A DNA stretch of 64,000 nt from Callorhinchus milii (taxonomy: Eukaryota): contig NW_024704742.1 in assembly GCF_018977255.1 (NCBI RefSeq), positions 105,960,001-106,024,000 of the forward strand, given 5' to 3'. The notes under the pieces were generated by a model. The model was not told the origin of the DNA and searched no databases. It saw only the letters and a program-made list of their open reading frames with translations. Below, in pieces: positions 24,331 to 37,098 of the stretch (positions within the stretch are counted from its first letter, which is position 1; the number at the start of each line of letters is the position of its first letter). The position numbers and the translations under genes were made by a program.

Positions 24331-27300
24331 GGAGTCAGAGCTGGGAGAGAAACTTCACTGGTTAAAACTGAAACTTGTGCTTTTGACTGAACTTGCAGTT
24401 GTATATTTTTTTAACCAGTGTTTAATTTTTGATACATAATCATAAATGTAATTAGCCTTGGAGATTTGCTTTAATTTCCAGAGAGTGTGCAAATGTGAAT
24501 GTTTTCCAACTTTGACTGGGACAACTGATGTCTGGAAGATTGTTAAAAACTGAAATGTACTAACTAAATCTGAAACCTCAGAACATTCAGTATCCTTACA
24601 GAAATGTTTCAGTGATTTTTAGGAACTTTTCTTCTGCAAGTGAATACACACAATTAACACGGGGCTCTGCAGGTATTCAAGTCATGTTTTTGGCTGGGGT
24701 GAATATCTGCTCTGATGAAACTGAAGGATGCCTTTTTCCTGCTTTTATCACCATCAAGCATTGCAATCAGTGCATGAAAGCCAGACCCAGGGAGTGCTGT
24801 CCCAGAGGTTGATGCCGTCAGAGCAGAGTTCTTGTTGGTTGACATACCTACTGCAGTTACTACAAGAATGACGTCTGCAACATAGAGTCGATCAGCCCCT
24901 TGGGACGTCATCCCAACGTGAAAGGCGCTATACAAATGTAATCTTGTTGCTGTTATTGTTGATATTGAAGAATCCTATTAAAAAACACAACAATTTAGAT
25001 CTTATTTTGTGTTTTCTGAGTGAGATTACCAATTCATGCCAAAATATATTTTTATTGTGAGCTGTTAACCTAGAACTACAAGAAACTGTTATAGAACTGC
25101 ATCATGGCATTCCAATTTAGGATTTTTAGGGAGGGAAAGCTTTCACCTCTGAATTGAACCCATTTCCAAATCTCAGCAGCAAACATCTATCCAAATTGTA
25201 GATCTTTTTATTGTGAATCTTTCAACTTTTTGTGTTTGTTGAATATGCTCCTTTGCACAGATTTGTACATCTCTGTGTAATGCAATTGGATTTAAAAGGT
25301 AATTTATCATATGTCCAGCCAGTGGGCATGCTTTACAGTCTACATTTATGAATATTTATGTCTTGGCCAAAAAATTACCAGACATATTGATTGTTTGCTT
25401 CATGGCTGTTTGTGGGACATTGCAATTTGCTGAGCACAAATTGGCTGCTGCGTTTGTTTGTAAATGCAGTAACTTTCCTTGACAACAATTGCCTGTAAAA
25501 CGATTTGAGACGTTTTGACTTTATTGATGCCATATCAAATGCAAAGATATTTTTTATTATTGTATTTTAAACGAATGTCTTGCTAAAGTGTTTCCAGACA
25601 TTGCTATGCTGCAAGATGTGGAGCTGTGAGACAGTGGGAGTACACTGGAAGGCTATGCAACCCAAATGCAGTCCGTAGGAGGTATGCATTACACCAAATG
25701 TTCTCATTTTTGTCTGCAGATGTTTTCTGTCTATTCAAAGCTTCACTGCCCCATCGACTGATTTATGCAGTTTTAAAATCCAATATTAAACAAACTCATA
25801 CTAATATGCACTTGCAACATATCCAACATAGAAATTGAATAAGCTAATTTGTACCTCACAGATTGGTATCTTGAGACATGTGCCCATTGCTAACACCAGT
25901 GGGAAATCTGCCCTGCTTGTTCCTTTCTATTTATCACATAATAAACAGTTTGTACACTGAGTCTCTGATCACCAGTACATTTGGTAGTAATCTTGCAATT
26001 TTTCTGCTGGACAGCAAAGTTACCAAGCTTGGCAGTATCAGTTTATAATGGCCAATCCACCATAGGGTAAGATATGCTTCTCCTCCCACTACACTCTCCT
26101 GTGGTAAATATACATAGAGAGATACCCCCTACATAGATATTCTAAGGTACACAAAATAATGTACATATCTTCTGTACTGAACATTATTTAAAAAATAGTA
26201 GGAAGTTCAAAAGTTTCTCAAGAAATGTTGACATTCGAGTTTAACTTTAATCACAAGTTCTTTTGTACAGTATTTGTTAATTAGCACTGTGCTGTTTATG
26301 GTGTGCAGAAACTTGACCCACAAAGGATTTCAGGAATTCAGACTCGTCTTAGTTCCCTTTTATACTACTCAAGCCACGTGACATTGCTTCCACTGGTTGA
26401 GTGATTGGAGCATTTTATACATACTGTAGCGGGTATTCTTTTCCGTTCAAGTTTCTGTATCAAAAACGTCCTGTAAAATCTATCACCTCTGTGATTATCT
26501 GTGGACTCTGTTGATTAAAAATCCAGTGGAAAACCACCAACCAATTCAGGCTCCATAATTAGAATCGCCTCCGAATTTGATCTGAACTGTGATTTCTCTG
26601 TGAAAAAGCATTCAATCCTGTAGCGTTAGTACCGTCCTCGCTGAGCTGAACAAGACAGTGGGGTCTAACTTGTCCACACCCAGGGGGACAAGAGTTTGTG
26701 ACATATCCCTGTTCTGAAATACTCAGGAGGTTAGGAGGTTCAAAACAAGCAGATTCCCAGGGCAATGCAAACTGGTGCTGAAGGTTAAGATTATCCAGAG
26801 AATGTGACAGTCTCTCTAAAAGCAACAATGTACACCAATTGATTGGCCAGTGATTATTACACTTATTATTTAAGATCAAAAGTTACTTTTGAATCATCTA
26901 AAGTTATCACTTTGAGTGCAATGGGATCAATTCCATTTGCCCTCTTGAATTTTGAAGCACGGTCAATATTCGAAACAAAGCCTCTAAAACCAAAGTTATA
27001 CATAATTTTACCAGTGATTTAATGTTATCTTGAATAAGTGGTTTGGACTGTGCTCTGAATGGAACTTTGGGACATTGAGGGTAACATTATAGCAGAACAC
27101 TATACCCAACAAGGGACCATTCTCATTGATTATAATGGCAAGTGGAGTCATTAGAATTTAAATCCAACCAGCTGCTAAATATTTGGGACAGAGAATTTGC
27201 TGCTTTGGCGCTGACTTTGACACAATGTCAGGCCCTGAGAGCACATGATGGTGTAGTTTGGCCTTTCCCTGCTTCTGACTGCAATTAGAGGAGATTCAAG

Positions 27301-28107
27301 CCTTATATCGTTCTCGTGCGCTGCTGGTGTGAAGACATACTCAGGACATTGTGACCAGGTCTCAGGCAGTTAGAATTCCCTGCACTGTACTAGGAGGTCA
27401 TGCGCAGGAAAGAAATGTAATACAGAGCCTAGGGCTTAGTAGAAAAACGTGGTTTAATTTCGACCGTAGCAAAAATCTAACAGTTGTGAGTGGCACTGTA
27501 CTTCTAAGAGGATGCATTAATATTATGATATGCAGAATGTTTGCAAAGCAAAGTCACTCTTATTATTACCTTAAAGGGTAGGAATTTCTCTTCAGTGCTG
27601 CTGGATACAGTTCCTCTGATGAAATGCATATGTTCTGTTTTTATGCCCAGTGGCACTGCTTTCATCTGTCTTAACCATTATTCTAAAAGCTAACTATCTC
27701 TTTGAACCTTGTTGTCCTTGAATGTCAAACTTTCTGCTTTAATACTTAGCATCTGATGCATCTGTGACCTTGAAACCCACGTAAATTATATGCGGTGATG
27801 TTTTGACCTGTGGTATGGGAAAGAATCAAATTAAAACATGAAAAACTAACACAGTATGGTGCCTTTCAAAACAGTTTGATACGTTTCGTATGTGTTACAT
27901 TTTTGAATCATTTGTAGTGGTAGAAATTTGTAAAAATATTCAATAAATTCCCATCAAACAGATTTCAAAGTCAGATAACATCTAGAACAGATCACAAAAC
28001 ATCCTCTTGGTTAATATGTTTCAAATTAGTTTGCAGCTAAGGATAATGTAAATACTGGGTTTCACTGAAAAGACACATATAAGAATATGATTGTTTCTCT
28101 TACGTTT

Positions 28108-28366
28108 ATAATAATCCTGGCATTTGATATAGCACCTTATCACGTCATCGAGACATCTCAAAGCGTTTCACATTATTTACTGTAAAGTGTAGGACTATAT
28201 ATTTTGTGGGCGAAATACGGCAGCCAATTGCGCACAGTTATACATATTGAATATAAATTTGCCCACATAATACACAGTCAATTCACTTTACAGTATATTC
28301 TGTGAAGCGCTTCGAAATGCTTTGATGACATGATAAGGCACTATATCAAATGGTTATTATTATTAT
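28108..28366. mobile_element. inverted pair of tRNA-Ala SINE 3' fragments (28108-28240 -, 28257-28366 +)
   Basis: Both match the SINE tail, with 5' ends facing and ~20 bp between them. Confidence 0.88.
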
Positions 28367-28509
28367 GAATTAAAATGCTACAAAAATTGTGACTATTAAA
28401 TGAGAGTAAATTGTTTGTGACATACATAGAATAATTTCAGACAGGATTATGCCACTTATCCTACTAGCCAATTTTCCACAAGATTCCTTTGTGGTATCTA
28501 TCTCTAAAT

Positions 28510-28790
28510 CTAATAACCCTGAATCTTTTTGGTTGACAGCGACTTGTCTAGCTGTGTTCTGAAACCCTTTGTTGTTGTCCCTCCATCTATGATGGAAGTT
28601 TGTATCACAAACTTGTCATCGTTTACTGAAAGCAAATCTGTATTTTTTATTCTCTTTGTTGTTATTTTTTTGAAAAATGTATGACTTCTTGTTCTTGAGT
28701 TTCCACCATATAAAGTCCATTCCAATTAAGCTTTATCCACAAATCTGAGCACCTTTGATATGATTTACTGCATTTGTTAAAAGTATAAAC
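28510..28790 (-). mobile_element. CR1-type LINE ORF2 C-terminal relic
   Basis: Peptide NSRTRSH...KGFRTQLDK resembles the CR1 RTRGH...F K..LD end. Confidence 0.6.
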
Positions 28791-29039
28791 AAGATACATG
28801 GCTCATCTTTATATGTAAACTCTGTTTATTTAAAAGTTTATTTAAAGGTGAGCCATGTCATTCAGGGAGAGTTAGATGGACAGTTTTTTTTGCAGAAAGT
28901 AACCTCCTTCCCTGTAGGATGTCTGAGATGCCATATATTCAATAGGCCTAAAACATAAATTGTTCTGGATATCTGTCCATGATAAATAATCCTTGAAATA
29001 AATACTTTTTGCATTTAATAACAGTGCCTTTCACATGAG

Positions 29040-29790
29040 GACAACAACTTGCACTTATATAGTGCCCTACACATAGGGTAGTGTCTCAGAGCGCTTAACA
29101 GTGGTGGAGCCTGACTCCAAGCCGGAGGGAGGTGGCCATAAACACGGCCAAAGAGGAAAGTTTTCAGGCAGCAGCAACTGAAAGAGGGAAGAGAGGGGGC
29201 AAGGTGAAGGGATTGAGGGAGAATGTTCCAGAGTTTTGGAGTGTAGTGGCTGAAAGTGCGACCTCCGATGGTGGAGCGGAGGGTGTGAGGAACAAGCAAG
29301 AGGCTGGTGCCAGTTGAACAGAGACGCCGGGCGGTAGATTGGAGAGTGAGAAGATCAGAGAGGTAGGGAGGTGCCAGAGAGTGAAGAGATTTGAACACAA
29401 GAGTGAGGATCTTGAAGTCAATCCATTCAGTGATGGGGAGCCAGTGGAGCCTGGCCAGAACTGGTGAGATGTGGGTACGGAGTTTGGTCCGAGTCAGTAT
29501 GTGGGCAGCAGAGTTTTGAATGAACTGGATCTTGTGAATGGTGGAGCTGGGGAGACCAGCGAGGAGTGTGTTGGAGTAATCCAAGCGGGAGGTGACAAAC
29601 ACATGCACGAGAGTTTCGGCTGCATTTGGGGTAAGGTACGGTCGGAGGCGGGCAATGTGGTGGAAGTGGAAAAAGGCGGTCCTGGTCAGGGACCAGACGT
29701 GGGAAGGCAAGGACAGCTGGGGGCCGAACCGGACGCCTAGGTTGCACACTGGTTCAGTGAATCTGAGGGAGAGTCCAGAGAGGGAGGAGA
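29040..29790 (-). mobile_element. L2-clade LINE 3' 750 bp with open ORF2 C-terminus
   Basis: 244-aa ORF NLGV.F...[17 protein letters not shown]...LHWLP...LWNILP. Confidence 0.93.
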
Positions 29791-31074
29791 CTCAAAGCGC
29801 TTCACTGTAAGATGTAGTGACTGTGTATTTGTAGGCAAATCAGTCAGCCAATTTGTGCACAGCAATATCCTCAAAACAGCTGCAAAGTGAATGACTAATT
29901 TTATCTGGGAGATTGTTGGAAGGAATTATTTTCAAATGGTGCCATAGGATATTTAACATCCACCTGAACACGCAGGCAGGACTTAAATACAAGGATTATT
30001 ATTATTATTTTTATTATTATTATTATTATGTTGGAGATTATGATGAGTCCAATGCTTCAGCTTCAGACTCAGGGCAGGTTCCATTTTTGTTTTAGAAAGG
30101 TGTACGGTAATGTGCTCTGGAGGCAGACTTGAGGATTTCAGTGAAAACTGATCTCTTTCCCTGTGAGATATAGGGCAACTGGTTAATTAAAATAAACTAA
30201 ATTACAAATGTATAAATTATATTAAAAAGTTTAATTATTTAAGGTGAGCACTTTTGTTTGAATAATTTCATTAAATCTAAAGATTCAAGGACAGAGAGGA
30301 GATTTGAACCCAAAGCACTCTCAGGTTATTTGCTTTGAAGTAGACCAAAGGTGTGCTCCAGTAGAAAGAGAGTAGAGAATCTGCTCAAGTACATTTAATG
30401 GTGTGAGAGGAAGTCTGGGATATAGGTTTGGTACAAAAAAAGTGGCCAGGAGCAGAGTTGGCAATTCAGTAAGGGAACAGAGGAACTGCCAACTGGTCTT
30501 GACAAACAGAAGGATGCAAATGAAAGTATAATTTTTACAGTTATAATTATCACTTTGGAGACTTACCTTTTGATGGTACGCTGGAGAGGATACAAGAGAA
30601 AACCCTATAAACCTTAACAGATGCTGCATCCACATGCAGCTTGAGGAGGCACACAGACTAAATCAGAGAGATCAAAATCCCACCTTGGTTTCAGCCTCAA
30701 AACTACAATCTTAAAATTTAAGAGGTCCGAAATTTCATCTCATCTTAAATCACATGGCCAACCATTTTGTCTAAAAATGTTATGTGGTGGAAAAATTCTT
30801 AAATTCAGTCTTAATTTGGAAAACAGTACATTTTAAGAACTTCAGAAAACAGATTTTTACAATAAATAGATAGAAGAAGGGGTGTCCTGACAAAGGCAAT
30901 GTGACATGCTAAGGCAGCAGGACAAGAGATCACACATAGGGTCAGCGATGTGAAGTGCAACTTTAGAACAGTGGTGTTGCATTAGCAACATCCCAGTCGT
31001 CCGACACAACAATTGCTTAGAGATGTTTTGAAAATTGTAGGCAGTCTTCACTCTCTGCTCAGTCCTCAAAATAA

Positions 31075-31325
31075 ATATCTTCATATGTTCCTGTGACACT
31101 ATCAAAAGGAAGGGATATTCTCCTGGGGTTCTGCACAAAACCCCCCAGTAAAATTGGTCATTCACTTCACGGCTGTTAGTAGGATATTTCTATGCGTAAC
31201 TTGGCTGCCGCCTTTGCCCAGAAAATACAGTCACTGTACTTTACAGCATATCCTGTGAAGCACTTTGCAACATCCTCCTGATATGAAAAGCGATATTCGA
31301 ATTGTAAGGATTTTGTCATTATTAT
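31075..31325 (+). mobile_element. Deu SINE 3' portion
   Basis: GACACTATCAAAAGG...TTGGTCATTCACTTCACGGCTGTT...GTGAAGCACTTTG. Confidence 0.75.
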
Positions 31326-32219
31326 ATGGATTGCTATAGTTCAGCCAGTCAATATAAAAGGTTTGACTTTGTTTCTGTGTCTCTTGTGTATAACATGTAC
31401 AACTTCACTTGGACCTCAAAATGGGATAAGATACTATTACCAAAAGAAAACAAAAGAGGGTGTTACTGTATGTACTTTTTGTTCAAAGATTTATTACAAC
31501 AGTTCTTCAGTGCAAGAAAATAATAGGGTTATACAAAATTGTTGTCTGAAACACTGAAAACACTGATAAAAAATGATTGAATGTTGAGTAACATATTACA
31601 TTGGAGACAAGCAAAGCCTTGCAGTGGCCAAAATGTGTGATGTATTTCATGCAGAAGCAGTTGCAATTGCACTTATAACAAGGTACCATTACAAGGGGGA
31701 AAATGTTCATCTATTATTGTAGAATTCACCAGCACAGCACAGCTCATCTGTAGGGAGTCAGTGAGTCAACTGCAGACAATTAAAGGAAATGCTCTTTTAT
31801 CTTAATTTATTCAGGTTTGCCATTCTACTACCTCTGATTTAAATGAAGCACTGTCTAGACTAATGTCACTCAGTCTACCTCCCTCTATATTGGATGTAGA
31901 TTTTAAATTTAAAATGGGCAAATTACACTCATTTAAGATAAGTATCAGATACCTAATCTTTCTCTCCTAGACTTTTGGACTATGTGTGAACGTATTTTTA
32001 GACAGACACTCTGCTGTTGTAGTAAATGTATTCAGGAAGACAGAATTAAACAAATTTTTGTTTTAAAATGCAGTACATGTTCTGGTTTAAAACTTTTGAT
32101 AAATACTGGGCACTGCACACACTAGGGATTCATAACTGATTCCAAGAAGTGTATTTAACAGCTTTACAACTTATATAACACAAAACACAAATCAGATCAA
32201 GGCAGTGTAAAGGAGACAT

Positions 32220-32760
32220 TTCTGCATTTATTAATTTTTTTATTGGACATCCAGGTATCTGATACATGTAGAACCCCTCAACATGTTTAACAGTATCCAA
32301 ATCAGACTGAGAGTTCCATGTATGTCACCTACACATGGTGATATCTCCTGGTTATCCTGCGCCTGGTTTGGAGTGTACATTCTTTTCCTGGAGGGACATA
32401 CCCTGATTACCTAATTCTGCGCAGGTTGGAGAGAGCAAAGCTTGGAAACTTTAGAGTGTGTGTTGGGGGTACTGCTGGAGTTAACCAGGTAAAATTGCAT
32501 AGTTTGCCACTGAGTGCAATGTCTGGCAAGCACTCTGCTGCTTGTCCAGCTAGAACCACTATACCCTTTTGCACTTTGGCAAGGTTAATAAGCGGAGTGG
32601 GAAGAATCACTGCCTCCATTTAACAGTCTGTTCCTCTAAATCCTGCCAATAAGTCAATCGGTGTTATTACCAGTGCCTCAGAATACTGTAGACTCATCCG
32701 GCTCAGGAACCGGACTCCCAAGACCTCCACAGAGAATACATTTGATCTGATTTTCCATTG
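32220..32760 (-). repeat. family X copy
   Basis: CTGAGAGTTCCATGTATG...CCTGGAGGGACATACCCTGATTACCTAATT...GCTCAGGAAC. Confidence 0.75.
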
Positions 32761-32911
32761 TCAGGCACGTCTCCATGGATCTCAACACAATACAATTTAC
32801 ATTTGTTTAGCTTGTTGAACTTCAGGAGGATGCCTCAAAGCACTTCACACTACTGGCTGGGCACCTGAGCTGGGGGAAGGAGGTGTGGAGGATGAAAAGT
32901 GGTAGGGAGAG

Positions 32912-34966
32912 AACAACAACAACAACAACAACAAGATTCCATTTATAAAGCGCCTTTCACGTCAGGAGGACGTCCCAAGGCGCTGCACAGTTGGGTCATG
33001 ACCCGAGCAGGGGGGAAATGGTCAGGGTGAGGGGAGGGAAGGGAGGGAGCGAGGAGGGGGAAATGGTCAGGGTGAGGGGAGGGAAGGGAGGGAGCGAGGA
33101 GGGGGAAGAGAGTCGAGAGGGGAGCTGAAGGCACGGTCAAAGAGAAAGGTTTTGAGACCGGCCTTGAAGGAGGAAAGGGAGGAAGCGGCGAAGGCACTGG
33201 GGGATGGAGTTCCAGAGCCTGGGGCTGAGAGGCTGAAGGCCCGACCACCGATGGTAGGGCGGTTGGGGCGGGGGACGTGGAGCAGACCGGAGCCAGAGGA
33301 ACGGAGGGTACGGGCAGGTAGGTAGGGGGATAGTAGGTTGGAGAGGTAGGAGGGAGCAAGGCCGTGAATGGCCTTGTAGGTGAGGATGAGGATCTTGAAA
33401 TCAATCCTCTGGGGGATGGGGAGCCAGTGGAGGCGAGCGAGGGTGGGAGTGATGTGGTCCCGAAGCCTGGTGCGGGACAGTACACGAGCTGCAGAGTTCT
33501 GAATGACCTGCAGCTTGTGGAGGGAGGTGGCGGGAAGGCCGGCGAGGAGAGAGTTCCCATAGTCCAGCCTTGAGGTGACAAAGGCGTGGACCAGGGTTTC
33601 AGCAGCGTGAGGGGTGAGGTAGTGCCGTAGTCTGGCGATGTTCCGGAGGTGATGGAAGGCGGTGCCAGTTGTGGTGCGGATGTGAGGGAGAAAGGACAGC
33701 TCAGGGTCGAACAAAACGCCGAGGTTCCTGACTGGCTTTGAGAGGTGGAGAGTGCAGCCTTGGATGCTGATGGTGTCAGCGCCTGAGGTGCGGAGGCGCT
33801 GACGTGAGCCAATCAGGAGGGCCTCGGTTTTTCGCACGTTGAGCTGAAGAAAGTTGTCTCTCGTCCAGGACTCGATGTCGGACAGGCAGGCTGTCAGGAC
33901 ATCGGTGGTCGTGGAGTTGAGAGTAGAGGAGGAAAGGTAGAGTTGGGTGTCATCCGCATACATGTGGAAGTTAACTCCATGTCTGCGGATGATGTCACCA
34001 AGGGGGAGCATATAGAGGGTGAAGAGGAGGGGACCGAGGACAGAGCCCTGAGGGACACCACATGAGACAGTGCGGGGGGTGGAGGAGAAGCCATTCGTCG
34101 AGACAAAGTGAAGACGGTGAGAAAGGTACGACCTAAACCATTCAAGGACAGTGCCTTGAAGGTTGAGGTGGGAGGACAAGCGGTGGAGTAGGATAGCGTG
34201 GTCGACCGTATCGAATGCTGCCGATAGGTCGAGGAGGACGAGGAGACAGAGGGAGCCCTGGTCACAGATGGTCAGGATATCATTGGTGACCTTGACCAGG
34301 GCAGTTTCTGTGCTATGGGCAGCACGGAAACCTGACTGAAGGGGTTCGAAAAGAGAATGGGTGGAAAGGAAAGAGCGCAGTTGGGAGGCGACAACTCTTT
34401 CCAAGACCTTGGAGAGAAAGGGGAGGTTGGAGATGGGCCGGTAGCTTGATAGCTGCGACGCATCAAGGGAGGGTTTTTTCAGGGTGGGCGTGATGATGGC
34501 AGTTTTTAATGGAATGGGGACAGAGCCAGAGGAGAGGGACAGGTTGATGATGTCAGTGATATGTGGGGCAAGAAAGTGGAGCTGGGAGATAAGGAGTGGA
34601 GTGGGGATGGGGTCAAGGGAGCAGGTGGTTGGTTTTAGGGATAGGATGAGTTCAGTGACAGAGGGTGGGGAAACGGGTACGAAGGTGTGTAGGGGAGGAT
34701 GGGTAGGAGTCGGAGTGTGGGAGGGAAGGGGTGGGTGGTGGGTGGAAGTTGGAGGGGAAGTGACCGCGGAGCGGATTCCCTTGATCTTGGATTCAAGGAA
34801 ATCCAGCATCTCCTCGCAGTGAAGGTTGGAGGAGATGACCTGCGCGGGGTGGCGGGGGGACGGAGGAGTCGGGTTGTGGTGGAAAACAGTAGCCTGGGGT
34901 TGTTCTTCGCCTCCAGGATTATCCTGGAGTAGAAGGACGACTTGGCCGAGGCTAGAGTGGAGCGGT
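32912..34966 (-). mobile_element. young 5'-truncated L2-clade LINE (~2.05 kb)
   Basis: (TTG)n tail at 32912-32934; 3' stem-loop at 32950-32983; CpG-rich; long RT ORF; sits inside an older L2 tail. Confidence 0.97.
33067..34966 (-). pseudogene. LINE ORF2 reverse transcriptase domain and C-terminus (no endonuclease domain)
   Basis: [53 protein letters not shown] (33949-33960). Frameshifts near 34845 and ~33190-33225. The first ~25 codons of the listed 655-aa ORF are flanking DNA. Confidence 0.95.
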
Positions 34967-34990
34967 AAAGATGAACATGGTGACAAGAGA

Positions 34991-35184
34991 CAAAAACAGA
35001 GAGAGCTGGGAAAACTCAGCAGGCCAGGCAGCATCTATGGAGAAAGGAGAGTGAGTCAGCGTTTCGAGTCCGAAACGTTCACTCACTTTCCTTTCTCCAT
35101 AGATGCTGCCTGACCTGCTGATTTTTCTCAGCTCTCTCTGTTTTTGTTTCAGATTCCAGCATCTGCAGTATTTTGTGTTTTGTT
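34991..35184 (+). mobile_element. Penelope-like element terminus in inverted (hairpin) arrangement, 15-bp TSD
   Basis: 76-bp arms at 34991-35066 and 35071-35146; CATGGTGACAAGAGA at 34976-34990 and 35185-35199; CTCCATAGATGCTGCCTGACCTGCTGA motif. Confidence 0.8.
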
Positions 35185-35729
35185 CATGGTGACAAGAGAT
35201 ATATCTTGAGGTGAGTTTTGAAAATGGGAGTCAGGCAAAGGACAGTAAACAGGAACAAGGGCTGGGAGTGTGGGGACTCAGAGAGTGAAGGAAATCAGTC
35301 TCTGTTCTTGTTTTCGTATTGCAATGATAACATGTAAATTGGATAGTGCTGAAAGATTCACAATTGCATCTAATGATTGGACACGTGTTTTTTATACACT
35401 GTATAATTTGTCCCGAAAGAAGGATTCATGAATAGAATATTACAATGTTACAGAGATAACATTTTGATGTAAGAAACCAAGAAAAAAAAGATTAATGTTA
35501 ATTAAAAGAAAAATATGGAAGAATGCATTCCTATGAGAGCTGAGATGGGGGGTGGAGAATGGCGGAGGCTTCACATCTCATATTCCACAGATTATGAATT
35601 TACCATTTGAGGAATTGAGGCTTGACCAAGTGGTCAGTGACACTGCATGGATATATACCTGTAGCTTGGTAGTGGATGAAGTTACTGAATGAATTCAATA
35701 AATGTATTGAAAAACAGAATCAATAGGCC

Positions 35730-35990
35730 AAAATGCAAAATACTGCAGATGCTGAAAATCTGAAAACAAAATCAGAAGTCGCTGGGAACACTCAGCAGGT
35801 TAGGCAGCCTTTATGGAGAAAGGAAAGTGAGTCAACATTTCAGGTCCACGAGCCTTCGTCAGAACTGGGGCATGTTGGGAGGGAGAGGCTTTTAAGGGCT
35901 AACAGAGAGCAGGGAGGCAGGACAAGGAAGACAAAGGAGAAATGTGGTAGAGGACAAGGGATAATGGGTTAAAGAGGTGTTAAGGTTGCA
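35730..35990 (-). mobile_element. Penelope-like element 3' terminal fragment
   Basis: 35730-35845 is the reverse complement of 35071-35180; continues into a hammerhead-like core. Confidence 0.75.
35828..35867 (-). ncRNA. minimal type I hammerhead ribozyme motif (probably degenerate)
   Basis: Minus strand CAGTT-CTGACGA-AGGCTCGTGGACCT-GAAA-TGTT-GACTC: both core boxes, stem II and a 4-bp stem I. Confidence 0.6.
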
Positions 35991-36039
35991 GCAAAGCAGG
36001 GGAACAAAAGGGGGGAAAGATTGCAACAAAATAGGTTCC

Positions 36040-37098
36040 TCTCACCTCAACCTTCATGGTTCTGACCTTGAATGGTCCTTGACCTCATTACCACCCACCC
36101 TCTTACTTCTTACACGGTCTCAACTTCATCTCCACGATTGTTTTCTCTTCTAGTCCCCACACCATCTCGTGTGGTGTTCTTCAGGGCTCTGTTCTTGGTC
36201 CCCTCCTCTTCAATATCTATATGCGCCCTCTTGGTGACAACATCCGCAGACATGGGGTCAACTTCCACATGTATGTGGATGATACCCAACTCTATCTCTC
36301 TGCCTCTGCCCTCGATTCTAGGACCACTCGTCTCTCGACAGAATGTCTGTCAGACATCAAGTCCTGGATCAGAGTTAACTTTCTTCAGTTGAACGTGAAC
36401 AAGACCAAGGCCCTTCTGATTGGCACCCATCAGCGCCTCCACACCTCACATGCTGACAGCATCACCATCCAAGGATGCACACTCCATCTCACTGAGCCAT
36501 TCCAGAACCTTGTTTGACCCTCAACTATCCTTTCTACACCACATCCATGCCATGATTCACTCTGCCTTCCCCCACATTCGCAACATCGCTCAACTCCACC
36601 ACTGTCTCAAACCGCAGGCCACTGAAACCCTCATACACGCATTCATAATATCTATGCTTGACTACACAAACTCCCTGATTGTCGGCCTCCCCAATTCCTC
36701 CCTCCATAGGATGCAGATCATCCGGAACTCTCCAACCCGTGTCCTCTCCCGCACCAGGCTTGGTGACCTCATTACCACCCACCCTCACCCGACTCCACTG
36801 GCTTCCCATCATACAGAGGATACAGTTCAAGATGCTGGTCCTCACCTTCAAAGCCCTTCATGGCCTTGCTCCCCCCCGATCTCTGCAACCTCCTAACCCC
36901 CACCAGCCTGCCCACTCCCTCCGCTCAGCGGGCTCCGACCTCCTCTTCGACCGTGCCTTCGATCACCCTCCTTCCCTCCATGCCCTCCATCCTCCCCATT
37001 CCCAACCCCCAGCTCGAGTCTGAAACACTGATTGTCCAGTGCCTTGGGACATCCTCCCGACACGAAAGGCGCTGTACAAATGTAATGTTATTGTTGTT
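36040..37098 (+). mobile_element. L2 fragment with RT core and internal deletion
   Basis: [15 protein letters not shown]...LHWLPIIQRIQFK; tail at 37040-37098. Confidence 0.93.

Noticed and set aside
33067..35034. 655-aa ORF as an intact host gene, or as a retron/group II intron RT system
   Set aside because: It has L2-type motifs, a 3' tail and many fragmentary copies; the N-terminus runs out of frame into flanking DNA
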